Shown one piece after another: positions 36,658 to 45,694 of a DNA stretch of 64,000 nucleotides (within the stretch, counting starts at the first letter, position 1; each line of letters opens with the position of its first letter). The stretch lies in NCBI GenBank assembly GCA_001779595.1, contig MFKO01000002.1, positions 22,279-86,278 on the forward strand, read 5' to 3'. A model generated the notes under the pieces. That model was not told the DNA's origin, did no database searches, and saw nothing but the letters and a program-made list of their open reading frames with translations. The DNA is from Candidatus Kaiserbacteria bacterium RIFCSPHIGHO2_01_FULL_46_22 (GTDB lineage Bacteria; Patescibacteriota; Minisyncoccia; Phycocordibacterales; UBA918). The translations under genes and the position numbers were made by a program.

Positions 36658-37557
36658 ATGGCCACTCTATATACACAACAGTCAAAGAATGTGCGAAAGA
36701 CTTGGTTCTTGATGGCAATGTTTTTTGCGATCGTGATAGCAATTGGATATTTTCTCAATTGGTACTATGGCAATCCATTAATAATGTATGTGGCGATTGG
36801 TTTTGCTCTCTTTATGAACATCGCGAGCTACTGGTGGAGTGACAAGCTCGTTATAAAGATGACTGGTGCAAAGGAGGCTGATCCGCGCGAGCATTATGAT
36901 CTTATTAAAGTGGTAGAAAATCTTTCTATTACTGCCGGCCTGCCAATGCCTAAGGTGTACTTTGTAGAAGATCCTGCACCTAATGCTTTTGCGACTGGTC
37001 GTGATCCTAAACATGCTGTAGTGGCTGCAACCACAGGCCTTTTGGCTATTCTTGATCGCACCGAATTGGAAGGGGTGATGGCACACGAACTTTCGCACGT
37101 TGGTAACCGCGATATGCTAGTTTCCACAGTGGCGGTTGTGCTAGCTGGCTTTGTAGCGATAGTGGCGGATATGTTTATGCGCTCAATGCTGTGGGGCGGC
37201 AATGACCGAGATAACAAAGCAGGCGCAATCCTACTTATAGTAGGCATTGTCGGTATCATTCTTGCACCGATCGCCGCGCAACTCATACAAATGGCGATTT
37301 CACGAAAGCGTGAGTATTTGGCTGATGCGACTGGTGCACTGCTTACTCGTTATCCAGAAGGTTTGGCTTCGGCTCTTGAAAAGATCAATGCCTATGGCCG
37401 ACCGATGGCCCGCGCTAACAACGCCACCGCACACCTTTTTATCGCTGACCCTTTTGGTCCAGAAAAGCACACATTGGGGCAGAAGATTTCCAATCTTTTC
37501 CAGACGCATCCGCCAGCAGGCGAACGTATTCGTATTCTTCGCGAAATGAATCATTGA
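36658..37557 (+). CDS. htpX: Zinc metalloprotease HtpX (M48)
   Basis: HELSHVGNRD HExxH motif; TM topology; C-terminal ...HPPAGERIRIL... Confidence 0.85.
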   Translation: MATLYTQQSKNVRKTWFLMAMFFAIVIAIGYFLNWYYGNPLIMYVAIGFALFMNIASYWWSDKLVIKMTGAKEADPREHYDLIKVVENLSITAGLPMPKVYFVEDPAPNAFATGRDPKHAVVAATTGLLAILDRTELEGVMAHELSHVGNRDMLVSTVAVVLAGFVAIVADMFMRSMLWGGNDRDNKAGAILLIVGIVGIILAPIAAQLIQMAISRKREYLADATGALLTRYPEGLASALEKINAYGRPMARANNATAHLFIADPFGPEKHTLGQKISNLFQTHPPAGERIRILREMNH

Positions 37558-37714
37558 GATTGGTGAAAATCGCGATCTGCGTCGTTGAGCTACGGAAAAT
37601 AACACTCACTGAACAGTCCTAGTTCACCTCGTGTTATTTTCCTTACTCGCCTTGCATCTCATCGATTTTCAACAATCTCAAACATAAGATGCCTTTGTGT
37701 TATAAAGTAAGTAT

Positions 37715-38068
37715 ATGGTCCGCCGCCACAGCATAAAAAGAGAAAAAGTCCTGAACGTGCTTCAACGTCACCACGGTGCTCTTTCTGCGGCAGAGATTCA
37801 CTTGAAGCTTAAAGATATGGACATCACTACGGTTTACCGTAATCTCGAATTGTTCGTAAAAGATGGGACAATCAAGAAGTTAAACCTGGGAGGAGATGAG
37901 GCGCAGTACGAATACACAAAAGAACCGCACCATCACGCGATTTGCAGTGACTGCAATAGAGTTCTACATTTTTCAGTGCCTACAGATATGTTGAAAGAAT
38001 TGCTCAAGCTGCCGGACTTTGAAACCAAATCAATAGAAATCACAGTCCGTGGGAACTGCAAGCATTAA
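37715..38068 (+). CDS. Fur-family transcriptional regulator
   Basis: Winged-helix N-terminus and HHHAICSDCNRV metal-site motif. Confidence 0.75.
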   Translation: MVRRHSIKREKVLNVLQRHHGALSAAEIHLKLKDMDITTVYRNLELFVKDGTIKKLNLGGDEAQYEYTKEPHHHAICSDCNRVLHFSVPTDMLKELLKLPDFETKSIEITVRGNCKH

Positions 38069-38079
38069 GAAAATAAAGA

Positions 38080-38112
38080 AAACCGCCGCATCAGATGCGG
38101 CGGTTTTCTTCG
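38080..38112. terminator. Rho-independent terminator
   Basis: aaccgccgcatc-aga-tgcggcggtt followed by TTCTT. Confidence 0.75.
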
Positions 38113-38123
38113 CTGTAATTGAG

Positions 38124-38510
38124 CTACATAAAGTACGCACTCCAGGTGAGATACACACCGATTATAGCTATTATCGCGCTGGCGATAATAAGCATTTGAG
38201 AATTTTCAGTCATCCACTTGCCAGAGCGCTCGGCCCAGGCCGGCATTATTGTGCAAGCCAAACCTTTGAGTAGAAGAAGCCAACCGAAAAGACTCAACAG
38301 CATTTCCGGTAATGTCTCCCACATATTATGTGCATTGATTTGGGCTACACCGATGACAATCGCCGCCATACCAAACAACCAGACTGCGAATGGTTCTCTT
38401 CCGAATTCACGATAGATTTTTATGTAGTGGTCACGATTGATAAACATACCAAGTCCTACGGCCAACATAGCTGGTCCCCAGAGCCCGGCGAGGAACATAG
38501 TTATCTCCAT
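38124..38510 (-). CDS. Hypothetical membrane protein (4 TM)
   Basis: Hydrophobic helices; no recognised domain. Confidence 0.35.
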   Translation of the reverse strand: MEITMFLAGLWGPAMLAVGLGMFINRDHYIKIYREFGREPFAVWLFGMAAIVIGVAQINAHNMWETLPEMLLSLFGWLLLLKGLACTIMPAWAERSGKWMTENSQMLIIASAIIAIIGVYLTWSAYFM

Positions 38511-38692
38511 ACGTTTGAAATTAGTTTTTAATATCCGTCACTTATATTTTAATCCTTTCATCACACGAATTATGCTTTCGCAAGTTGGAAAGTGTGCATA
38601 AGTCACGAGTAATTTCATGCACTCTTCATGCTTGTTGCTCATTTAGTGCATGCTAATCTGATAACAGGAAAGAAAATTCAAGGGAGGAGTAG

Positions 38693-39004
38693 ATGATTCA
38701 TGTCTACGTACAAATAATCGATGTGCCTCCCGGCTTTGCTCCGCCGGAAATCAGGGAGCAGTGGAAGAAGATTGTTCTTCCTGTAATTACTGAGAGTGAA
38801 ATGGCGACTAATCCTCCCAATACGAGATACGGGGTGGACGCCGCAAATGTGGGAGGGTTTACAGTGTCTAGACCCAGGGCAGTGGCCGCTTTAACAAAGC
38901 GTGGCAGAAGCGAAGCCGCTGGATTTTGGACAGGATTCCCATTTGGTCCTTATTTGCAGTTCAGGAAAGATGTCTGTCGGGTGATAAGAGTGGTCAGCCG
39001 ATGA
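38693..39004 (+). CDS. Orphan 103-aa protein next to tRNA-Ser
   Basis: GGGAGGAG Shine-Dalgarno immediately upstream; own terminator; no family recognised. Confidence 0.3.
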   Translation: MIHVYVQIIDVPPGFAPPEIREQWKKIVLPVITESEMATNPPNTRYGVDAANVGGFTVSRPRAVAALTKRGRSEAAGFWTGFPFGPYLQFRKDVCRVIRVVSR

Positions 39005-39022
39005 AAGGTCTGCACAAAGTTA

Positions 39023-39056
39023 AAACCGCCGGCAAGCTTACCGGCGGTTTATGTTT
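39023..39056 (+). terminator. Rho-independent terminator
   Basis: aaccgccgg-caagctta-ccggcggtt followed by TTATGTTT. Confidence 0.65.
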
Positions 39057-39057
39057 G

Positions 39058-39072
39058 GCGGAGGGTGAGGGA
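39058..39072 (-). repeat. 15-nt direct copy of the tRNA-Ser 3' end (gcggagggtgaggga)
   Basis: Identical to 39216..39230. Confidence 0.6.
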
Positions 39073-39146
39073 ACTTTTCTCTTACAGAGCAGTACACCTT
39101 TTGGCTAAAATTTTCTTAAAATTAATTTTAGCTCAAAAGGTTTTCA

Positions 39147-39170
39147 AATCCCTCCCGTCTCACTCAAAAT
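39147..39170 (+). repeat. Degenerate inverted fragment resembling the tRNA-Ser T-arm/acceptor (gttttcaaatccctcccgtctcac)
   Basis: 12/12 match to TTCAAATCCCTC of the tRNA in the opposite orientation. Confidence 0.45.
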
Positions 39171-39216
39171 ATAATCACACAAAACTCCAGATGTTCGTTT
39201 TGTGTTCATTATTTTG

Positions 39217-39303
39217 CGGAGGGTGAGGGATTTGAACCCTCGAAGGAGTTTCCCCCTTACCGCCTTTCCAAGGCGGCGCACTAGACCACTATGCGAACCC
39301 TCC
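39217..39303 (-). tRNA. tRNA-Ser (anticodon GGA), type II with long variable arm
   Basis: Reverse complement folds as a cloverleaf: acceptor GGAGGGT/ACCCTCC, anticodon stem CCGCC/GGCGG with loop TTGGAAA, long variable arm, T-arm GGGTTCAAATCCC; CCA not encoded. Confidence 0.8.
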
Positions 39304-39394
39304 TAATGTTGCGGTCGTTATGATAGCGCAAAGTAGTTCCTTTACCAACCTTGAGAAGGGTAGATTCGTTTGTACTCAATGTATAATTTACCTA

Positions 39395-39961
39395 ATGAAA
39401 CGTGATGATTGGATGCTCCTTACTCTGACCTTCTTAACTGGTGCAGCGATTGGAATGTATATGTATGTTGCGGTCTGGAAGCCGGTTTATTTTCCTGAAG
39501 ATTTAGGAAATGAAGAAGCAGAGGCTTCTGATTGGAGTATCGTCGGTGAAAGACGGCAAGGTGGAGCCACCGAAGCTTCTTTCCGACTTCTTTCGGATGG
39601 TAGTTATAGTTATATAGCCATTGACGATCTCTCTGGTGAGCCAGAAGCGCGCAAAGAAGGATCAATCAAGAAAACGCTGGTTAAGGAATTGATGGTGTCG
39701 GAAGATGAGATTGCTTCTTACGAAGAAGAAACAGAGTGTCTGGCATCAGATAAAGTTGAATATGAGTATCGTTTTACAATCGACAACTACACTTATTTGC
39801 TCGATACTTGCAACACTGAACTTGGACACGACACCGAGTTGTCTCTCTTATTGAAAAAAGCGTGGCATCAAATGGAAGGTAGTGTTGACGGAACTGCTAC
39901 GCCGTCAGAATGGCTAACGAACTGGCTTAACGAAAGGATTGGAGCAAATAAAAATAATTGA
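39395..39961 (+). CDS. Hypothetical membrane-anchored protein
   Basis: N-terminal TM (MLLTLTFLTGAAIGMYMYVAVW); ATG at 39395 preferred. Confidence 0.35.
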   Translation: MKRDDWMLLTLTFLTGAAIGMYMYVAVWKPVYFPEDLGNEEAEASDWSIVGERRQGGATEASFRLLSDGSYSYIAIDDLSGEPEARKEGSIKKTLVKELMVSEDEIASYEEETECLASDKVEYEYRFTIDNYTYLLDTCNTELGHDTELSLLLKKAWHQMEGSVDGTATPSEWLTNWLNERIGANKNN

Positions 39962-39971
39962 AAGTAAGTAC

Positions 39972-40004
39972 AAAGCCGGCCACGTCTAACGTGGCCGGCT
40001 TTTG
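39972..40004 (+). terminator. Rho-independent terminator
   Basis: agccggccacg-tcta-acgtggccggct followed by TTTT. Confidence 0.8.
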
Positions 40005-40104
40005 AAATACAAAATATATCTGTGCGTAACAATAACCGAGGCGATCAGGATAATGCAGATCAATCGCCTTTCCGTAACGCAGAGTTAATCAATATTTCAT
40101 CTCT

Positions 40105-40758
40105 ATGAACTTAAGATCAGTATTAATCCCAGTGGCAGCGTTTGCTGTTACTGTGACTGGCGCTAGCGCCTTTAATAGCGAGCTCTTGCAAAAAGCAGGA
40201 CTCACAGAGGATCAAATCAGTGCTTTCGAGGAAGCCAAAGAACTTCGTGAAGCAGGTGATTTAGATGCGGCCCGAGATGTGCTCGAAGAAGCTGGAGTTG
40301 ATGAGGGTGTAATGGAGCGACTTCGCGACACGATGCACGGCCACCATAAAGCACTCAGGGCTGCGATCGAGGACAATGATTACGAAGCTTTCCGTGAAGC
40401 AATCGAAGGCTCACCTCTTGCTGACATCATTAATACTGAGGAAGAATTCGAACGTTTCGTTGAGGCTCACAATCTAATTAAGAATGGTGACAAAGAGTCT
40501 GCCAAAGAAATTTTTGATGATCTAGGAATCGAAGGTCCAGGTAAGCACATCAAAATGTTCAACGGTGACAAGGAACCTCCATTCTTTGAACAGTTAACAG
40601 ATGAACAAAAAGAAGAGCTTAAAGCAGCTTTTGAGTCACGTGATCACGACAAAGTGAAGGAACTACTCGCTTCGTATGGCATAGAATTGCCGGAGAAATC
40701 AGAAGGGAAAGGCTTTGGTTTTGGTCGGGGAATGCATAAAGAAATGAATAACGATTAG
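40105..40758 (+). CDS. Secreted acidic alpha-helical protein (hypothetical)
   Basis: Signal peptide MNLRSVLIPVAAFAVTVTGASA; E/D-rich. Confidence 0.4.
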   Translation: MNLRSVLIPVAAFAVTVTGASAFNSELLQKAGLTEDQISAFEEAKELREAGDLDAARDVLEEAGVDEGVMERLRDTMHGHHKALRAAIEDNDYEAFREAIEGSPLADIINTEEEFERFVEAHNLIKNGDKESAKEIFDDLGIEGPGKHIKMFNGDKEPPFFEQLTDEQKEELKAAFESRDHDKVKELLASYGIELPEKSEGKGFGFGRGMHKEMNND

Positions 40759-40928
40759 GCAACCGATCGACTTAATAAAAAGGCCGGCAACCTGCGGGGT
40801 GGAGACTTCTGCGACTCCATCTCGCGGGCTGCCGGCTTTTTTGTAATTTAGTGGACAATACGATGATTTTAATGTAGGATTTCGTGCACTTACAGCTGTG
40901 CCCGAGGGCACTTTTTCTTTTTTTGATT

Positions 40929-42710
40929 ATGGAAATACGCAATATCGCAATCATCGCTCACGTGGACCACGGTAAGACAACCCTTACTGATGCTTTAATG
41001 GAGCAGACCGGCGCCCGTGCCGAAGGACAGTCAATGGACTCAAACGCTCTTGAAAAGGAACGCGGCATTACTATTTATGCCAAAAACACCTCCATTGAGT
41101 ACAAGGGTACCAAGATCAACATCGTTGACACTCCAGGCCACGCCGACTTCGGCAGTGAAGTGGAGCGTGTTTTGCGTTCGATCGACTCTGTTTTGCTCGT
41201 AGTGGACGCTCAGGAAGGTCCGATGCCACAGACACGTTTCGTACTTAAAAAGTCGCTTGAGCTTGGTCTTAAGCCGATTGTGGTCATTAATAAGATCGAC
41301 AAGCCTGCCGCTAACCCACATCACGCTGAGGAGCAGGTTCTCGAACTCTTCCTAGAACTTGGCGCAAATGATGAACAGTCCAATTTCACTACCGTATTTG
41401 CTATCGGACGTGAGGGTATCGCTAAGCGGTCTCTTGAAGACGATTCAAAGGACCTTTCACCACTCCTAGACGTCATCTTGGAGCAGGTACCAGCAGCTAA
41501 GGCCTACGTAGAGGGCGAGCCGCTAGCAGCTCAGGTCTTCAATCTTGGTTACGACAACTTCCTCGGCCGTTTGGCAGTAGCGCGTGTTTACAGCGGAAAG
41601 TTGAGCAAGGGACAGACTTTGTTTGTTGCTGCGGAAGGAAAGGAAAAATGGAGTAGCAAGGTAGTTAAAATTTCTACCTTCAAAGGCACTAGTCAGGTGG
41701 AATCCGATACCGTTTACGCTGGTGATATCGCATTGATCGCTGGTTTTTCTAAAATCGACATCGGTGAGACATTGGTGGACAACGAAGCGACTGAACCGCT
41801 AACTGCCATTCACGTTGATGAGCCGACTATCGGCCTCAGCTTTATGCCAAATGCTTCGCCTTTCGCTGGGCGAGAAGGTAAGTTTGTTACTGGTCGCCAG
41901 ATCAGAGAGCGTCTTGAAAAGGAACTCGAAATTAACGTGGGTCTTAAAGTAGACTTTTCAAAGGGAGACTTTTTTGAAGTATACGGACGTGGAGAAATGC
42001 ACATCTCTATCTTGTTGGAAAACATGCGTCGAGAAGGTTACGAAATGGCCGTGTCTCAGCCGCAAGTAATCATTAAGGAGGAAAACGGACAAAAAACTGA
42101 ACCGTTTGAAGAAGTAGTTGCTGATATTCCGTCTGAATTCCAGGGACCGGTAATCGAAAAGTTATCGAACCGTGGTTTCGTGATGCAGAATATGATCACT
42201 CACGAAAATCAGGTTCGTTTGGTCTTCGTTGGTCCTACACGAGGTCTTCTTGGTTACAAAGGTCAGTTCATTATCGACACCAGAGGTGAAGGAATTTTGG
42301 CTTCACAATTCGTTGGCTTCCGTCCATACGCTGGTGAGATCAAGAAGCGTCAGGCTGGCAGTATGGTTTCAATGACGGCAGGTAAAGCACTTGGATTTTC
42401 ACTTTGGAATTTGCAAGATCGCGGACAGCTCTACATCAACCCAGCCACAGAAGTATATGAGGGTATGGTGATCGGAAATACTTCTAAGGGTGAAGAAATG
42501 ATGGTAAACCCGACTAAGGGTAAGCAGCTCACCAACATGCGCTCTTCGGGAGCTGATGAGGCAATCAACCTTACTCCACCACGAATCCTTAGTATTGAAA
42601 TCGGTTTGGAAACAATGGCTGACGATGAGTATTTGGAAGTAACACCACAAAGTGTACGTTTGCGTAAAGCTCTTTTGAAAGAGAGTGAGCGTAGGAAGGG
42701 TGGTAAATAA
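40929..42710 (+). CDS. typA: Translational GTPase TypA/BipA
   Basis: [23 protein letters not shown]1 motif, [13 protein letters not shown]. Confidence 0.9.
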   Translation: MEIRNIAIIAHVDHGKTTLTDALMEQTGARAEGQSMDSNALEKERGITIYAKNTSIEYKGTKINIVDTPGHADFGSEVERVLRSIDSVLLVVDAQEGPMPQTRFVLKKSLELGLKPIVVINKIDKPAANPHHAEEQVLELFLELGANDEQSNFTTVFAIGREGIAKRSLEDDSKDLSPLLDVILEQVPAAKAYVEGEPLAAQVFNLGYDNFLGRLAVARVYSGKLSKGQTLFVAAEGKEKWSSKVVKISTFKGTSQVESDTVYAGDIALIAGFSKIDIGETLVDNEATEPLTAIHVDEPTIGLSFMPNASPFAGREGKFVTGRQIRERLEKELEINVGLKVDFSKGDFFEVYGRGEMHISILLENMRREGYEMAVSQPQVIIKEENGQKTEPFEEVVADIPSEFQGPVIEKLSNRGFVMQNMITHENQVRLVFVGPTRGLLGYKGQFIIDTRGEGILASQFVGFRPYAGEIKKRQAGSMVSMTAGKALGFSLWNLQDRGQLYINPATEVYEGMVIGNTSKGEEMMVNPTKGKQLTNMRSSGADEAINLTPPRILSIEIGLETMADDEYLEVTPQSVRLRKALLKESERRKGGK

Positions 42711-42722
42711 TATTGGGTATTA

Positions 42723-42757
42723 AAACAGCCGGCCCCGAAGGGGCCGGCTGTTTTAAT
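42723..42757 (+). terminator. Rho-independent terminator
   Basis: acagccggcccc-gaa-ggggccggctgt followed by TTTT. Confidence 0.85.
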
Positions 42758-42859
42758 ACCCATACACAACGGCCACATTGACACTTTTTAATACTGTAAT
42801 ACTCTGGTTGGTACCAGGCAATAACGCACTGGTAACGCCAACCAAAAAGGAGTTTTTCG

Positions 42860-43003
42860 ATGACCTGGAAAACGCATTTTTCGGCCAACTTCAGCCCCCA
42901 TATCGGCGACACCACTTCTTTGGCCCGCGCGCAGAATTCGCACAGCGTCGCTATCGGCACCGGCGTGTCGGACGGTTCGGTCAAGGACATCTCCAAGAAC
43001 TGA
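42860..43003 (+). CDS. Orphan 47-aa ORF in GC-rich island (MTWKTHFSANFSPHIGDTTSLARAQNSHSVAIGTGVSDGSVKDISKN)
   Basis: AAGGAG, 7-nt spacer, ATG; GC-rich; followed by a second SD-like site (AAAGGGGA, 7 nt, ATG at 43040) and a 21-codon ORF (43040..43105). Confidence 0.3.
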   Translation: MTWKTHFSANFSPHIGDTTSLARAQNSHSVAIGTGVSDGSVKDISKN

Positions 43004-43196
43004 TTCAAGGCCAGGGTCTCCCAGAAAGGGGAAACGCACATGTCTATCCGCAAGGGTATGGTGAGACGATATTCGTCTCAAGGTGATCAGGTTCTTTCTG
43101 TCTGAAATTTTTCAGACTCGAGCACAAAAGGGCGATCGTGAGTTATCTCCGAACGCCCTTTATTATTTTTTTATACCCTCACTTCGGCGAGGTTTT

Positions 43197-43898
43197 TTAA
43201 ACCATCCCCAACGCTTTCAAAAAATCTTTAAGCTCTTTTCCAACAATCTTTCTATATTGATTCGGTTTCAGTTTGCCTAGTTCAATATTCACAATGCGAA
43301 CACGTTTCAAATTATCTACTTGCCAGCCGAGAGCGGCGCACATTCGTCTGATTTGGTGTTTTTTGCCCTCAGTCAGTACCAGACGAAAGACATTTCGTCC
43401 TTTTGGTACTGCTAGCGCTGGCTTAGTCTTGTAACCTTCAATGTTCACACCAAGCGCCAGTTGTTTCAATAGACCAATTGTCACCGGTTTATCTACGGTC
43501 ACTTCGTACTCTTTCTCGTTGTCATTTTCAGAGTCTAGAAGTGGTCCGGTAATGAGACCGTCGTCAGTAATGATAAGAAGACCTTCTGAAGCTTTATCTA
43601 GTCGACCGATCGGGAAAAGACCAGACAGTCCGTAGTCTTTCTTGAGGCGAGTGATTACATCAACTTCGCCCTCGCTCGGTGAGTGGGTAATGATACTAAC
43701 GCCTTTGTAGTAGGCGAGATAGGTGCGCGGCTTGGTAGCGCCGGGAGCCAGGCGAACTATGTCGTCATCTCCAATTTGTTGCCCTAGGGTGGCCTTTTTA
43801 CCGTTTACCAGCACCTTGCCTTCGGCAATCAGTCTATCTGCTTCGCGCCTAGAAGCGAGTTTTCTATCCGCCAAATATTTATTCAAACGAACAGCCAT
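43197..43898 (-). CDS. rRNA pseudouridine synthase (RsuA/RluB family) with S4 domain
   Basis: N-terminal S4 (...LNKYLADRKLASRREADRLIAEGKVLVNGK...), catalytic GRLDKASEGLLIITDDG. Confidence 0.8.
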   Translation of the reverse strand: MAVRLNKYLADRKLASRREADRLIAEGKVLVNGKKATLGQQIGDDDIVRLAPGATKPRTYLAYYKGVSIITHSPSEGEVDVITRLKKDYGLSGLFPIGRLDKASEGLLIITDDGLITGPLLDSENDNEKEYEVTVDKPVTIGLLKQLALGVNIEGYKTKPALAVPKGRNVFRLVLTEGKKHQIRRMCAALGWQVDNLKRVRIVNIELGKLKPNQYRKIVGKELKDFLKALGMV

Positions 43899-43934
43899 CG
43901 CAGTATTCTAGCACTAATAGATTGAAATATTTAC

Positions 43935-44531
43935 TTGAGAAAAGCGTATAATTTCAAGATGGCCGCAGAGACAGCATCGCCCTCGGACAACGAGGTAGTC
44001 AAACTAGCGCTCGAAGAGCGGTCGTCCTTTGGCCTTATCGTAGAGCGGTATCAGGAAAAGTTGTCCCGTTATGTTACCCGTCTCGGAATCAAGGATTCGG
44101 ACGACCGCGATGATGTTCTTCAGGAAGTGTTTATAAAAGTTTATCGCAACTTAAATGATTACGATGAGCATTACTCATTTTCTGCTTGGATTTACCGCAT
44201 TGCGCACAACGAGGCAATTTCTTGGTATCGTAAGAAGAAGGTAAGGCCAGAGGGCAACTTGGTGGTGGACAGTGAAGAGGTTTTGGCTTTTTTAAATAAT
44301 AATGAAGAAGACGCCGCTGTGCGTCTTGATCAAAAAATCAACGCTGCATATTTAGAGGACGCGCTTGCAAAGCTTGATCCTAAATACCAAGCCGTATTAA
44401 TTCTCCGATATTTTGAACATCTTGAGTATGAAGAAATATCTGATGTGCTTGAGTTGCCGACCGGTACAGTTGGCACTTTAATTCATCGTGCCAAGAAGCA
44501 GCTTCGTGAAGCCTTAGAAAAATATGAGTGA
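43935..44531 (+). CDS. ECF-type RNA polymerase sigma factor (sigma-70 family)
   Basis: Region 2 (...VFIKVYRNLNDYDEHYSFSAWIYRIAHNEAISWYRKK...) and region 4 (...EEISDVLELPTGTVGTLIHRAKKQLRE...). Confidence 0.75.
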   Translation: MRKAYNFKMAAETASPSDNEVVKLALEERSSFGLIVERYQEKLSRYVTRLGIKDSDDRDDVLQEVFIKVYRNLNDYDEHYSFSAWIYRIAHNEAISWYRKKKVRPEGNLVVDSEEVLAFLNNNEEDAAVRLDQKINAAYLEDALAKLDPKYQAVLILRYFEHLEYEEISDVLELPTGTVGTLIHRAKKQLREALEKYE

Positions 44532-45477
44532 TACACAAAAACAACCAAATAAAGACTTAAAAGAAAGTGTTCTTTCACGCTTGGAGAAAGAGGGAATTGA
44601 GCCCCGCTCACGCCTTTATTGGCTTTCACACGAATACGCCCTTTGGGGCGCTTGGGGTCTTGCGGTATTGTGCGGCGCCTTGGCGCTTTCGGTAGCTTCT
44701 TTTGCCTCTTTGCACATAGGCTACGCACTATATGAGGCTTCACATAACGATTTTCTAACCTTCGTCTTTGACGCCCTGCCTTATCTCTGGCTGGTAGCTT
44801 TCTTCTTACTAATAGCTGTTTCCTATTTCAATCTCAGGCACACTAAAAGAGGCTATCGCTACCCGATCATTCTAGTGGTGGGCAGTAGTATTGGTTTTAG
44901 TGTTCTTGGCGGTGGTTTCCTTCACTGGCTGGGTGCTGGTTGGTATTTTGATCAAATGTTGGGTGAAATAGTGCCTGCGTATCAATCAAGGGCTAAGTTT
45001 GAAGAGGAAATCTGGCAAAAACCGATGGCGGGACGTTTAGTTGGTAAAGTGGTTCAGCAGCCCGAAGAAGTTGATTATGCTGCTTTTGTAGATGCAGAAG
45101 GAGAGTATTGGCGTCTTAATACTGAAGAGTTGCGTGAACATGACGTTGATTTACTTCAAAGCGGTCGAAAGGTCCGCATCTTGGCCGCTACCTCCAGCGA
45201 GTTCGCTGAAGGTTCGCTTTATGTCTGTGCCGTTTTTCCTTGGATACTCGACCACGCTCCCGGTCTCAAGGAATGGCGCGCTGATCGGGCAGGGTTTATC
45301 GAAGACGTAAAGGCGTCTAAGGAAATGATCCACATCATACGTACTCCATCAGGTGAGGGCAGACCAAACGATATTCCTCCACCTGAAGTGATGGAAAAAG
45401 TTGCTTCAGAAACCTCTTCACGTTGCTACAACTTGTCCGTTTTCAAACGCGCCAGGCCGGGCATTGTGGCGGAATAG
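44524..45477 (+). CDS. Putative membrane-spanning anti-sigma factor (by position)
   Basis: Start overlaps the sigma stop by 8 nt; 4-5 TM helices; no recognisable domain. Confidence 0.35.
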   Translation: MSDTQKQPNKDLKESVLSRLEKEGIEPRSRLYWLSHEYALWGAWGLAVLCGALALSVASFASLHIGYALYEASHNDFLTFVFDALPYLWLVAFFLLIAVSYFNLRHTKRGYRYPIILVVGSSIGFSVLGGGFLHWLGAGWYFDQMLGEIVPAYQSRAKFEEEIWQKPMAGRLVGKVVQQPEEVDYAAFVDAEGEYWRLNTEELREHDVDLLQSGRKVRILAATSSEFAEGSLYVCAVFPWILDHAPGLKEWRADRAGFIEDVKASKEMIHIIRTPSGEGRPNDIPPPEVMEKVASETSSRCYNLSVFKRARPGIVAE

Positions 45478-45694
45478 TGCCAAAAAGTACGGCAAAGAAA
45501 ACATAGTCACGACTTAATTATGGATTACTGTCAAGCTTACTAAGTTCTGGCGTACTGCTAGAATGCAGACATTATGAACGCAGAACTCATACCTCTTCGG
45601 GGGTCTGTTTTACGAAAGCATCTCGGCATTTTTTAATTGCCTAGATGCTTTTTGCGTTCAAATATCCAAATTTAAAAATTTTTATACCAATTAT

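Noticed and set aside
36297-37286. 153-aa and 130-aa minus-strand ORFs antisense to the NUDIX and HtpX genes
   Set aside because: The sense-strand genes have unambiguous family motifs. The antisense ORFs are low complexity and lack signals.
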